Below are positions 8,925 to 17,149 of a DNA stretch of 64,000 nt, piece by piece. The DNA comes from Candidatus Parcubacteria bacterium (lineage in GTDB: Bacteria; Patescibacteriota; Minisyncoccia; UBA6257; HR35). The stretch covers positions 78,642-142,641 of the forward strand of contig AP024681.1 in assembly GCA_025999335.1 (NCBI GenBank). The letters run 5' to 3'. Position 1 is the stretch's first letter. Each line of letters opens with the position of its first letter. The position numbers and the translations under genes were made by a program. The notes below the pieces were generated by a model. It was not told where the DNA came from and did not search any database. It worked only from the letters and a program-made list of their open reading frames with translations.

Positions 8925-10543
8925 TTCATAAATCGCAAAATATATTCTTTAACCGCTTTTGTCTTTTTATAATTATTAAAAATATTATGAGGATCAAAAA
9001 TATTTTTAATTGTCTGGAAAATATTAAAAATTTCGGTGCCAAATTCTTTAGCTAAATAAGGACCTCGAATAATGCCATCATTGTGTTCAGCCGTTAATAT
9101 TCCTTCATATTTTAAAACTAAACTATGAACCTTTTCCATAATTTCAACAATATTTTCTCGTGTTTCTTTTTTTGTAAAATCAACTAAAGGAATAATGTGT
9201 AAATTACCATCGCCTAAATGACCAGAAATAGTATAAATCATTTGATAACTATCTAAAATATTATATAATTGTGGTAAAAATTCAGACAAATATTGAGGCT
9301 GAATAATAAAATCATCAATAAAAGGAGCGGCGCTTAAATGTTTTATTTTTTCTCTTAATAATCGGTAGGTATCCCTTCGTAAACGCCAGTATTTATTTGC
9401 ATCTATTTCAGAAGTTGGAATTCTATATAAAAAATTATATTTTTGATTTATTAACTTCAGTTTATTAATTTTTTCTTGAATTTCGGCTTCATCATCGCCA
9501 GAAAATTCGCATAAGACAATTAATTTAGGAATACCTAATTTTAAAATAATCATCAAATCAGGCAAAAATAATCGGATAGTAGAAAAAACTCCACGCGCGC
9601 CTAATAAACTAGCCATTTCTCTAGCAAAACGCATAAATATTTTAAAAGTATGATCATCGGTAATTTCTAATGATGTTGGGTTTAACGATAAAATATCATT
9701 AGTAAATAACGGCAAATTTTTTAAGTCTTTAATAAAAATAACTGCTAATTTCGAAAAATTATCTTTAGGCACTAATTTAAGTTTAGCTTCAGTTACAATG
9801 CCCAAAGTACCTTGAGCGCCAACAAAAAGTTTTGTTAAATCAAAATATTCATCGTTAAAAGCATCCCAAATATTATAACCACTTGAATTTTTGCTAACTT
9901 TGGGTTTAGATTTTTTAATTAACTCATTATTGTCTTTAAAAAGATTATACAGTTGACGATAAATTTCGCCTTCAAAATTAGATAAATTCATTTTTTGCTT
10001 GACTTCATTTAAACTTAATCTTTCAAAAATATATTCTTCGCCATCTGCTAAAATAACTTTTAATTGTAAAACATATTTATCAGTCTTACCATATTTCAAA
10101 CTTTTTTCACCTCCAGAATTATTATTGATCATACCACCTAAAGCACATAGTTCTTTCGATGCTGGATATGAAGGCAGCATTAAATTATATTTATTAAGCT
10201 CTTTTTCAAAATCACGAAAATAAACACCAGGCTGAACAATAGCGGTGTTATTTTGAGAATCTATGCTAAAATTTGTAAAATATTTTGTTAATACTAAAAG
10301 CAAAGAATCTGTCAACGGACCTCCTGACATATCAGTGCCTGCAGCTCTGCATGTTAAAGTGTAATTATTATCTTTAGCTAAATTAACTAATTTTTTAATA
10401 TCTTCAGAATTTTTAGGAAAAATAACTACCTGGGGTTCAATTTTAAAAATACTTTTATCTTCCGAATATTCTTTTAAGGTTTTTTCTTCAGTAGAAAATT
10501 CTAAACCTAAATCGCTTAATAAATCTTTTATATGCTGACTCAT
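8921..10543 (-). CDS. FAD-linked oxidase/dehydrogenase (GlcD / D-lactate dehydrogenase-like)
   Basis: RAAGTDMSGG, GGMINNNSGG, GAQGTLGIVTE, GHLGDGNLH, AEHNDG, FDPHNIFN. Confidence 0.9.
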   Translation of the reverse strand: MSQHIKDLLSDLGLEFSTEEKTLKEYSEDKSIFKIEPQVVIFPKNSEDIKKLVNLAKDNNYTLTCRAAGTDMSGGPLTDSLLLVLTKYFTNFSIDSQNNTAIVQPGVYFRDFEKELNKYNLMLPSYPASKELCALGGMINNNSGGEKSLKYGKTDKYVLQLKVILADGEEYIFERLSLNEVKQKMNLSNFEGEIYRQLYNLFKDNNELIKKSKPKVSKNSSGYNIWDAFNDEYFDLTKLFVGAQGTLGIVTEAKLKLVPKDNFSKLAVIFIKDLKNLPLFTNDILSLNPTSLEITDDHTFKIFMRFAREMASLLGARGVFSTIRLFLPDLMIILKLGIPKLIVLCEFSGDDEAEIQEKINKLKLINQKYNFLYRIPTSEIDANKYWRLRRDTYRLLREKIKHLSAAPFIDDFIIQPQYLSEFLPQLYNILDSYQMIYTISGHLGDGNLHIIPLVDFTKKETRENIVEIMEKVHSLVLKYEGILTAEHNDGIIRGPYLAKEFGTEIFNIFQTIKNIFDPHNIFNNYKKTKAVKEYILRFMK

Positions 10544-10681
10544 ATCCTAAAAAATTTAAAATTTTATTTTTAATTATATCAAACAAATAAATAAAAAATA
10601 AATGTTTAATTGAAATAAATTCAAATTATTAGCTAAAGTTATAATAAAGCTATAATAAACTAAATAATAATTTGTTAACTA

Positions 10682-11539
10682 ATGCGAATATCAAGATTAT
10701 TTTTTCAACAAAAAACATTAAAAGTTGCTAAAAAATTATTGGGCAAATATTTAATAAGAAAACATAAAGGAAGACTACTAATTGGCAAAATTGTTGAAAC
10801 TGAAGCTTATATTGGACCAAAAGATAAAGCTTCTCATGCTTATTCGAAAAAAGAACAACCAATGAAAGAAAAAGTGAAAATTATTGAAGAAAATTGGGGA
10901 AAAATTAAGAATTATGTTGAAAATAAGGATATTTTTATTAAAAGAATATTATATGGGAATAAAAAGAATAAGACGCCCGAATATAACACGAATAAGATGC
11001 CCGAGTATAAATCGAATACATTCGATCATCATTCGGGTAATACATTTGGTCATCATTCTGGTAATAAAGTCGATCCTCATTTGCGTAACTTTATAATTTA
11101 TTACAATAAAGTAACTAAAAGAAATTTAGCTGAATATCTACGAGGTGGCCATATCTATATTTATTTAATTTATGGCAATTATTATCAATTAAATATTACT
11201 ACCTACAAAGAAGGTTATCCAGAATGTGTTTTAATTAGATCCCTAGAACCAATTTTAAATTTAAAAAATCCTAAAGGACCAGGAAGACTTTGCGAAGAAC
11301 TAAAACTAGATTCGAGTTTTTGGGGAGAGGATTTGGTAACGAGTGAAAGGATTTGGATAGAGGATGAAAAATTAGATCGCGAGCCGGTTCGCTTTTTAAA
11401 CAAAAATAAATTTAACGCAACACAACATAAATATATTATTACAAGAACAACTCGTATTGGTATTGATTATGCTGAAGAATGTAAATTTTTAAAATGGCGG
11501 TTTTATATCAAAGGAAATAAATGGGTTTCAAGGAAATAG
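10682..11539 (+). CDS. DNA-3-methyladenine glycosylase (MPG/AAG family) with ~88-aa in-frame insertion
   Basis: IVETEAYIGPKDKASHAY, YIYLIYGNYY, VLIRSLEP, GPGRLC, RIGIDYA, WRFY. Confidence 0.9.
   Translation: MRISRLFFQQKTLKVAKKLLGKYLIRKHKGRLLIGKIVETEAYIGPKDKASHAYSKKEQPMKEKVKIIEENWGKIKNYVENKDIFIKRILYGNKKNKTPEYNTNKMPEYKSNTFDHHSGNTFGHHSGNKVDPHLRNFIIYYNKVTKRNLAEYLRGGHIYIYLIYGNYYQLNITTYKEGYPECVLIRSLEPILNLKNPKGPGRLCEELKLDSSFWGEDLVTSERIWIEDEKLDREPVRFLNKNKFNATQHKYIITRTTRIGIDYAEECKFLKWRFYIKGNKWVSRK
10967..11086. repeat. Five tandem 24-nt units (two of one type, three of another) with inverted symmetry, inside the glycosylase gene
   Basis: Units start with AATA at 10967, 10991, 11015, 11039 and 11063. 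CCCGAAT (10976) is the reverse complement of ATTCGGG (11031). Confidence 0.85.
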
Positions 11540-11575
11540 ATCATAATATAACAAACAACAAAATCTAACTATCCC

Positions 11576-11599
11576 AAATTTTCACGATTGTGAAAATTT
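11576..11599. terminator. Hairpin between convergent genes (possible bidirectional terminator or palindromic element)
   Basis: AAATTTTCAC-gatt-GTGAAAATTT, perfect 10-bp stem. Confidence 0.5.
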
Positions 11600-11751
11600 T
11601 GGTAAGTTTGTTAAATTATAAGTTTATTAAATTAATTGAAAGAATTAAGCCATAAGTTAAAATTAACAATGAAACAAGATTAATCAATGAACACTAAATG
11701 AAAAAATGCTAATAAAAATTTAATAATAAAATGATCAAAGATAAGCAAAAT

Positions 11752-12747
11752 TTAAAATGTTAATAATTTCTTAACAGCATTTTTAACAGCTTCTTTATCC
11801 ATTCCATATTTTTTAATAAGTTCATCAGGCTTGCCCGATTCACCAAAAGTATTTTGAAGACCTAAAAAAATCATTTTTGGTTTATTTTCACTCTTTTGAA
11901 CAATAACTTCAGCGATCGCACTCCCCATTCCTCCATTAATTTGATGATCTTCTAAAGTAACAATTCCTTTAACTTTATTTGCGACTTCTAAAATTTTTTC
12001 TTCATCTAAAGGCTTAATTGTATGAACATTTAAAACATAAACATCTATTCCCTCCTCTTCTAATTCTTTAGCTGCCAATAATGCTTGGTAAACTAAATGT
12101 CCTGTCGCCATTATAGCAATTTCAGCGTTTTCATTTTTGGAAATCCAGAATTTTTCTATTTTCCCAAACCTAAATGGAGTTTCTTCAGTTGTAATTACCG
12201 GAGTTTTATCTCGGACATATCTTAAATAAAAAGGCCCGTATTCTTCAACTGAATACAAAGTTGCTTTTTTAGCTTCCCAGTAATCGCAAGGAGAAATCAC
12301 TCTTACATTTGGCAAACATCTCATAATAGCAATATCTTCAGTTGCTTGATGAGTAGCGCCATCGGGACCAGTGACAATACCGGAATGATGACCAGCAATT
12401 TTTACATTGGCATTATTATATATTATTGTTGTCCTTATTGTTTCCCAATTTTTCCCAGGAGAAAAAGTTGCATAAGAAGAAATAAAAGAAATTTTTCCTG
12501 AAACAGCCAAACCAGCAGCAATACCAGCCATATTTTGTTCAGAGACGCCACATTCAATAAATCTTTCCGGAAATCTTGCTGCAAATTTATGAGCTCGTGT
12601 TGATTCAGCTAAATCAGCTGTTAAAACAACAATATTATGATTTTTTTCGCCAGCTTCAATTAAAGCATCGCCATAACCATCACGAATTGGCTTTTGCTCT
12701 ACTTCTTCAAAAATTTTTGGATTTAATTTTAACTCCAGATTTAACAT
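11752..12747 (-). CDS. Transketolase, C-terminal (pyrimidine-binding) subunit
   Basis: LTADLAEST, ECGVSEQNM, GPDGATHQATED, TIKPLD, EDHQINGGMGS. Confidence 0.95.
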   Translation of the reverse strand: MLNLELKLNPKIFEEVEQKPIRDGYGDALIEAGEKNHNIVVLTADLAESTRAHKFAARFPERFIECGVSEQNMAGIAAGLAVSGKISFISSYATFSPGKNWETIRTTIIYNNANVKIAGHHSGIVTGPDGATHQATEDIAIMRCLPNVRVISPCDYWEAKKATLYSVEEYGPFYLRYVRDKTPVITTEETPFRFGKIEKFWISKNENAEIAIMATGHLVYQALLAAKELEEEGIDVYVLNVHTIKPLDEEKILEVANKVKGIVTLEDHQINGGMGSAIAEVIVQKSENKPKMIFLGLQNTFGESGKPDELIKKYGMDKEAVKNAVKKLLTF

Positions 12748-12749
12748 TT

Positions 12750-13613
12750 TTATTGATGCTCGCTTTCAATTTTACCTCCTAAAGTTCTTAATTCATCTAA
12801 TGCTTTCTTAGCTTCTTCTTTGTCAGGAGGTTTCCCGTGCCATTCAAATTTTTTTTCCATAAAACTAACGCCTTTGCCAGGTATAGTATAAGCAATAATC
12901 ACTGAAGTTCGTTTCCATTCTGAACGAGCTTCATTAATAGCATCGATAAAAGCTCTAATATTATGTCCATCAACTTCCAAAACATGTAAGCCAAAAGATT
13001 CTAATTTTTGTTTTAATGGTTCTAAAGGCATAACATTTTCAGTTATACCATCAATTTGAATATAATTTCTATCAATAATAATAGTTAAATTATCAAGTTG
13101 GTTTTTACCTAAAAACATATAAGCTTCCCAAGTATTGCCTTCTTGATGTTCGCCATCTGAAGTTATGCAATAAATATGATAATCCTTTTTATCAAGCTTA
13201 GCGGCAATTGCCATACCAATTGCTTGAGAAATACCTTCGCCTAAAGGTCCTGAAGTGTTTTCTATGCCTGGAAGAACGGCACGATGGGGATGGCCCTGTA
13301 AACGTGTATTTATTTTCCGCAAAGTTTTTAATTCTTCAATAGAAAAATAACCAGCTAAAGCCATAGTTACATATTGCACAGGACAGATATGACCATTAGA
13401 AAGAACTAATCTATCTCGTTCATCCCAAAATGGATTACGAGGATCAAATTTTAAAATATGAAAATACAAAGCTGAAAAAATATCAGCCATACCTAAAGGA
13501 CCAGCAGAGTGGCCTGACCCAGCTTCAACCAAAGTCTCGATTATTAATCTACGAATTTCATTGGCCTTCTCTTCTAAAAATTTCAATTTGTTTTCATCTA
13601 AGCTGTTAATCAT
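12750..13613 (-). CDS. Transketolase, N-terminal (TPP-binding) subunit
   Basis: SGHSAGPLG, RDRLVLSNGH, LQGHP, SDGEHQEG...N TPP motif, GKGVSFME. Confidence 0.95.
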   Translation of the reverse strand: MINSLDENKLKFLEEKANEIRRLIIETLVEAGSGHSAGPLGMADIFSALYFHILKFDPRNPFWDERDRLVLSNGHICPVQYVTMALAGYFSIEELKTLRKINTRLQGHPHRAVLPGIENTSGPLGEGISQAIGMAIAAKLDKKDYHIYCITSDGEHQEGNTWEAYMFLGKNQLDNLTIIIDRNYIQIDGITENVMPLEPLKQKLESFGLHVLEVDGHNIRAFIDAINEARSEWKRTSVIIAYTIPGKGVSFMEKKFEWHGKPPDKEEAKKALDELRTLGGKIESEHQ

Positions 13614-13663
13614 AAATATTTAATTCTAAAATTTTATTATTTCTTTTATCTCTCAATAAAAAA

Positions 13664-13924
13664 TCAATTTTTGTCTTCTTCAATTTTTTTTATCAATAAT
13701 TCTTTCTTCTTATATTTTTTAACAAATTCTTCCTCATTATAATTATGAGGACTATTAATAACTAACAAATTTTCGTCTTCATAATATTCATAATCATTTA
13801 AAATAAATTCTTCAACAATCTCTTCTTTAATATTACCATCAGCATCAAAATCATAACATATTATCGCTACTTTATCGCCTTTATTAAAAATATTTTTAGT
13901 TGTAAAAACAAAGTATTGCATCAA
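13664..13924 (-). CDS. Hypothetical protein (acidic, 86 aa)
   Basis: Co-oriented ORF filling the gap between neighbours; no motif recognised. Confidence 0.6.
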   Translation of the reverse strand: MMQYFVFTTKNIFNKGDKVAIICYDFDADGNIKEEIVEEFILNDYEYYEDENLLVINSPHNYNEEEFVKKYKKKELLIKKIEEDKN

Positions 13925-13936
13925 AACTTAATAAAA

Positions 13937-15124
13937 TTATGTTTGGGAATCGGGTCTATTATCTTTATTAAACGAGACCATTGTTACTGGTACAGAATTC
14001 GGATCAAAATGTTCATAATAACCTAATTCTTTCTTTCCAGAAAAACAAAAAATACTTTTTAAATTATCTATAGCATTAGCAATGGCTAAAGGACCTGCAA
14101 ATTGAGAATAATTATTCTGATGATTACTTATAGCTATGCCAAAATAACGAGTAAAAATAGAATAAGAACCACTACTATTATAGCTATATGGCACAGGAAT
14201 TCCATAAGCAATTATAGATATTCTTTCATTGGTACGAGAATTATAAATATCTAAAGTAATAACCGCTTGAACATATCTCAAAGCTTCATATCTTTGACCT
14301 TGAGTACCGAAACGTTCTCGTGGTATAGACAGTGTTGTACCAGATCCTCCTGATTCGTAACCAGGTATTAAATTAATAGACACATTATCAACTATATAAT
14401 CAGGAAATTCAATAGTACCCTTTGGTGGTACAGTTTGCTGATTTATCTCAGGATTACTTCTTGCATAACCTCTTTCTCTTGTTCGATAATCCATTGAAGA
14501 TATATCACCTACATTTCGCATATTAAAAGCTTCACCTAAAAAATCAGTGATTAAATGTGAAGTGTAATCTCGAATAACATTAAAATTATTCTGATACCAA
14601 CTATAACCCCCTCTTAAATTTCTCACATTATTTCTGTTTATTGTAAAAGTAGCGTTTTCACGATTGAAAAAGTTTCTTATTTTATTAATATCGTTATGCT
14701 CTAAAGTTAATTTTTTAGCTAAAATTGCTAATTCTAAGAGTCTTTCTTCGGGGTCTGAATTATTAGCTGATTCAAGTGTTATAATTCCTCCTAGCAAATC
14801 AATTGATTTTATTCTACCGTCAACGCCCCTTCTAACACCTATCACATCTTTCCAACCGGCTAATTGCACATTTTCACCTTCATTACTTTTATCTATAACC
14901 TCAACTATTTTAGGACCATTATTTAAAAATCTATCTAAGCTTCTAGCATGCACTTCGCCCATTTTACCAGTAAAAAAAACAGCTTGAGAGCTCATAAGAT
15001 AAACTAAAAATCTAGATTTAAAAAATTTTGATAAGTATTTAATCTTCTCTCTTATTTCCTCAGTTATCCTTACTACACCTTCTGGCTCTCTTTCTTTTCT
15101 TTCTCTTATAGGTTGTTCTTCCAT
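13937..15124 (-). CDS. Hypothetical protein, possibly membrane-anchored or exported
   Basis: 395-aa ORF; charged N-terminus followed by a weakly hydrophobic segment. Confidence 0.7.
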   Translation of the reverse strand: MEEQPIRERKEREPEGVVRITEEIREKIKYLSKFFKSRFLVYLMSSQAVFFTGKMGEVHARSLDRFLNNGPKIVEVIDKSNEGENVQLAGWKDVIGVRRGVDGRIKSIDLLGGIITLESANNSDPEERLLELAILAKKLTLEHNDINKIRNFFNRENATFTINRNNVRNLRGGYSWYQNNFNVIRDYTSHLITDFLGEAFNMRNVGDISSMDYRTRERGYARSNPEINQQTVPPKGTIEFPDYIVDNVSINLIPGYESGGSGTTLSIPRERFGTQGQRYEALRYVQAVITLDIYNSRTNERISIIAYGIPVPYSYNSSGSYSIFTRYFGIAISNHQNNYSQFAGPLAIANAIDNLKSIFCFSGKKELGYYEHFDPNSVPVTMVSFNKDNRPDSQT

Positions 15125-15167
15125 TAATTTTATTATAACATTAAAATTAATTTAAAAATAATAATTA

Positions 15168-16169
15168 TTATTTTAAAATATCAAATTTTTTAAAAATAAT
15201 ACGCGGTTTTTTAAAAACAATTTCTAAATTTTCAACACGACTTAACAAAGGACCCTGTTTAACTAATGATAAAAATTTCAACAAAGATTGCTCGCTTCCT
15301 TGCGCAATTATTTCTAAAGATCCGTCATTTAAATTTCTAACATAACCTTTAATATTGAATAAATTAGCTTTTTCTAAAGTAAAAAAACGAAATCCAACGC
15401 CTTGCACCAAACCATAAATCCTAATATAAACTTCAAAAAAATCTTTTTTAAAATCATCAAATGTCAAACCTTCTTCTAAAGTAAATACATAATTATTAGC
15501 CATAATCGTTGTTCTTGTTAATGATTCCAGATAAGCGCCACACTTTAAATCTTTGCCAATATCTGAAGCTAAAGATCTAATATAAGTGCCTGAAGAAACC
15601 TTTAACTCAAGTTTTAAAAAAGCAATATTAAAACTACTATTATTAGAAGGTAAAAATTTATAAAAACTAAAATCTTTGAATAACAAACTATTTGCGTCAT
15701 ATTTTTGAAAATCCAAAATTTTTAAATCATAAATTATAATTTTTTTTGGTTTTAATTGAAAATTAATACCTTTACGTGCTAATTTATAAGCGGGAACACC
15801 TTTAATCTTAACAGCTGAAAAAGCAGGAGGAACTTGTATCATCTCACCTTGATAAGAAGATAATATTTTTTCTATATATAAAAAATCAGGAATTTCTTTA
15901 TGGGTAAATTCTATAATACCATCACGATCATAAGTATCAGAAATGCATCCTAAAATAATTCCAGCTATGTAAATTTTTATGCTATTTTTTAAAAAAATGC
16001 TTAACTGTTTTGTTGCTTTATCTATGCCCAAAATTAAAATACCATCAGCGAAAGGATCTAAGCTACCTCCGTGTCCAATTTTTTTATGTTCTCTATTTTT
16101 TAAAAAATCAACTATTTGACGAGAAGTATAATTTTGAGGTTTGTTAAAAACAACTAAACCTTCCATCAA
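15168..16169 (-). CDS. truB: tRNA pseudouridine(55) synthase TruB fused to C-terminal acylphosphatase
   Basis: IGHGGSLDPFADG, QVPPAFSAVKIKG, VSSGTYIRSL; then GLVQGVGFR...GYVRNLNDGSLE acylphosphatase signature. Confidence 0.9.
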   Translation of the reverse strand: MMEGLVVFNKPQNYTSRQIVDFLKNREHKKIGHGGSLDPFADGILILGIDKATKQLSIFLKNSIKIYIAGIILGCISDTYDRDGIIEFTHKEIPDFLYIEKILSSYQGEMIQVPPAFSAVKIKGVPAYKLARKGINFQLKPKKIIIYDLKILDFQKYDANSLLFKDFSFYKFLPSNNSSFNIAFLKLELKVSSGTYIRSLASDIGKDLKCGAYLESLTRTTIMANNYVFTLEEGLTFDDFKKDFFEVYIRIYGLVQGVGFRFFTLEKANLFNIKGYVRNLNDGSLEIIAQGSEQSLLKFLSLVKQGPLLSRVENLEIVFKKPRIIFKKFDILK

Positions 16170-16982
16170 TCATAAAATTTCACTTATATAATTAGAAAAA
16201 TTTTTAAGCAAGTCTGATTTAATTTGAATTAGAAGTTTATCTCTTAAAACAAAAGGAGATTTAATTTTAATTTTAAAATCATAAAAATTATTAGTTAAAA
16301 CAATATTTTTATCAATAAAAACTTCAATCTTTTTATTAATATCATTAAAAGTATCTAAATGTTTTTCTAATAACTGCAAAAATTCATCATTAAAATTTTC
16401 TTTATTAATTCTTATTTTAATTTCGCTAATATTACGATAACGTGAAAAATTATTAATAATATCTATTTTATTAAAAGGAATTTTTAGAAGCGAACCATCA
16501 TCTAAACGTAAAATCAAATATCTAAATGTAAAATCAATTACTTTTCCTTTAAAGGTATTATTAATCACTACAGTTTCGCCTTTACGAAAGTTATCCTCAA
16601 AAATAGAAATCCAACCCATAAATATATCTTTCAAAGTATTCTGAAAAATTATTATCAAAATAGCACCTAAAGCGCCAGCGCCGGTTAAAAGAGCATTTAT
16701 ATTAATCTTAAATTGATTAAAAGCATAAATTGTAAATATTAAAATTAATAAAAAACGAATTATAAGTTTTAAAGCATCAAAAATAGTAATAATCCATTCC
16801 TTATGAGCTTCGTATTTTTTCTTGGTAAACTTAATTGTTGTTTTAAAAATTATTTTTAAAATCAAAATTAATATCAAATAAACAAATATTAGAAAAACAA
16901 TAAACCAACCAATATTAGTTAGTTCTTCGGAATAAATATCAATAAATTTTTTGAAATAGCGCACAGGAAGATTAAAGTTCAT
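16170..16982 (-). CDS. Small-conductance mechanosensitive channel (MscS family)
   Basis: TM helices, ALLTGAGALG, FQNTLKDIFMG, FRKGETV, IPFNKI. Confidence 0.85.
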   Translation of the reverse strand: MNFNLPVRYFKKFIDIYSEELTNIGWFIVFLIFVYLILILILKIIFKTTIKFTKKKYEAHKEWIITIFDALKLIIRFLLILIFTIYAFNQFKININALLTGAGALGAILIIIFQNTLKDIFMGWISIFEDNFRKGETVVINNTFKGKVIDFTFRYLILRLDDGSLLKIPFNKIDIINNFSRYRNISEIKIRINKENFNDEFLQLLEKHLDTFNDINKKIEVFIDKNIVLTNNFYDFKIKIKSPFVLRDKLLIQIKSDLLKNFSNYISEIL

Positions 16983-17149
16983 ATTTATTATTTCGTAATT
17001 ATTTTTTAATTTAATAGCATAAGAAATTAATTTTTTAATTTTTAATTAACACCAAAACACATATAATTTAATCAATAATTAAAATATAGTCTATATAATT
17101 TAATTATATTATGAAAAATTGAAAATATAGATTATTAAAATTTATAGAA

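Noticed and set aside
10844-11107. Intein or CRISPR explanation for the glycosylase insertion
   Set aside because: No C-terminal His-Asn followed by Cys/Ser/Thr, too short for a typical intein, and the repeats abut without spacers.
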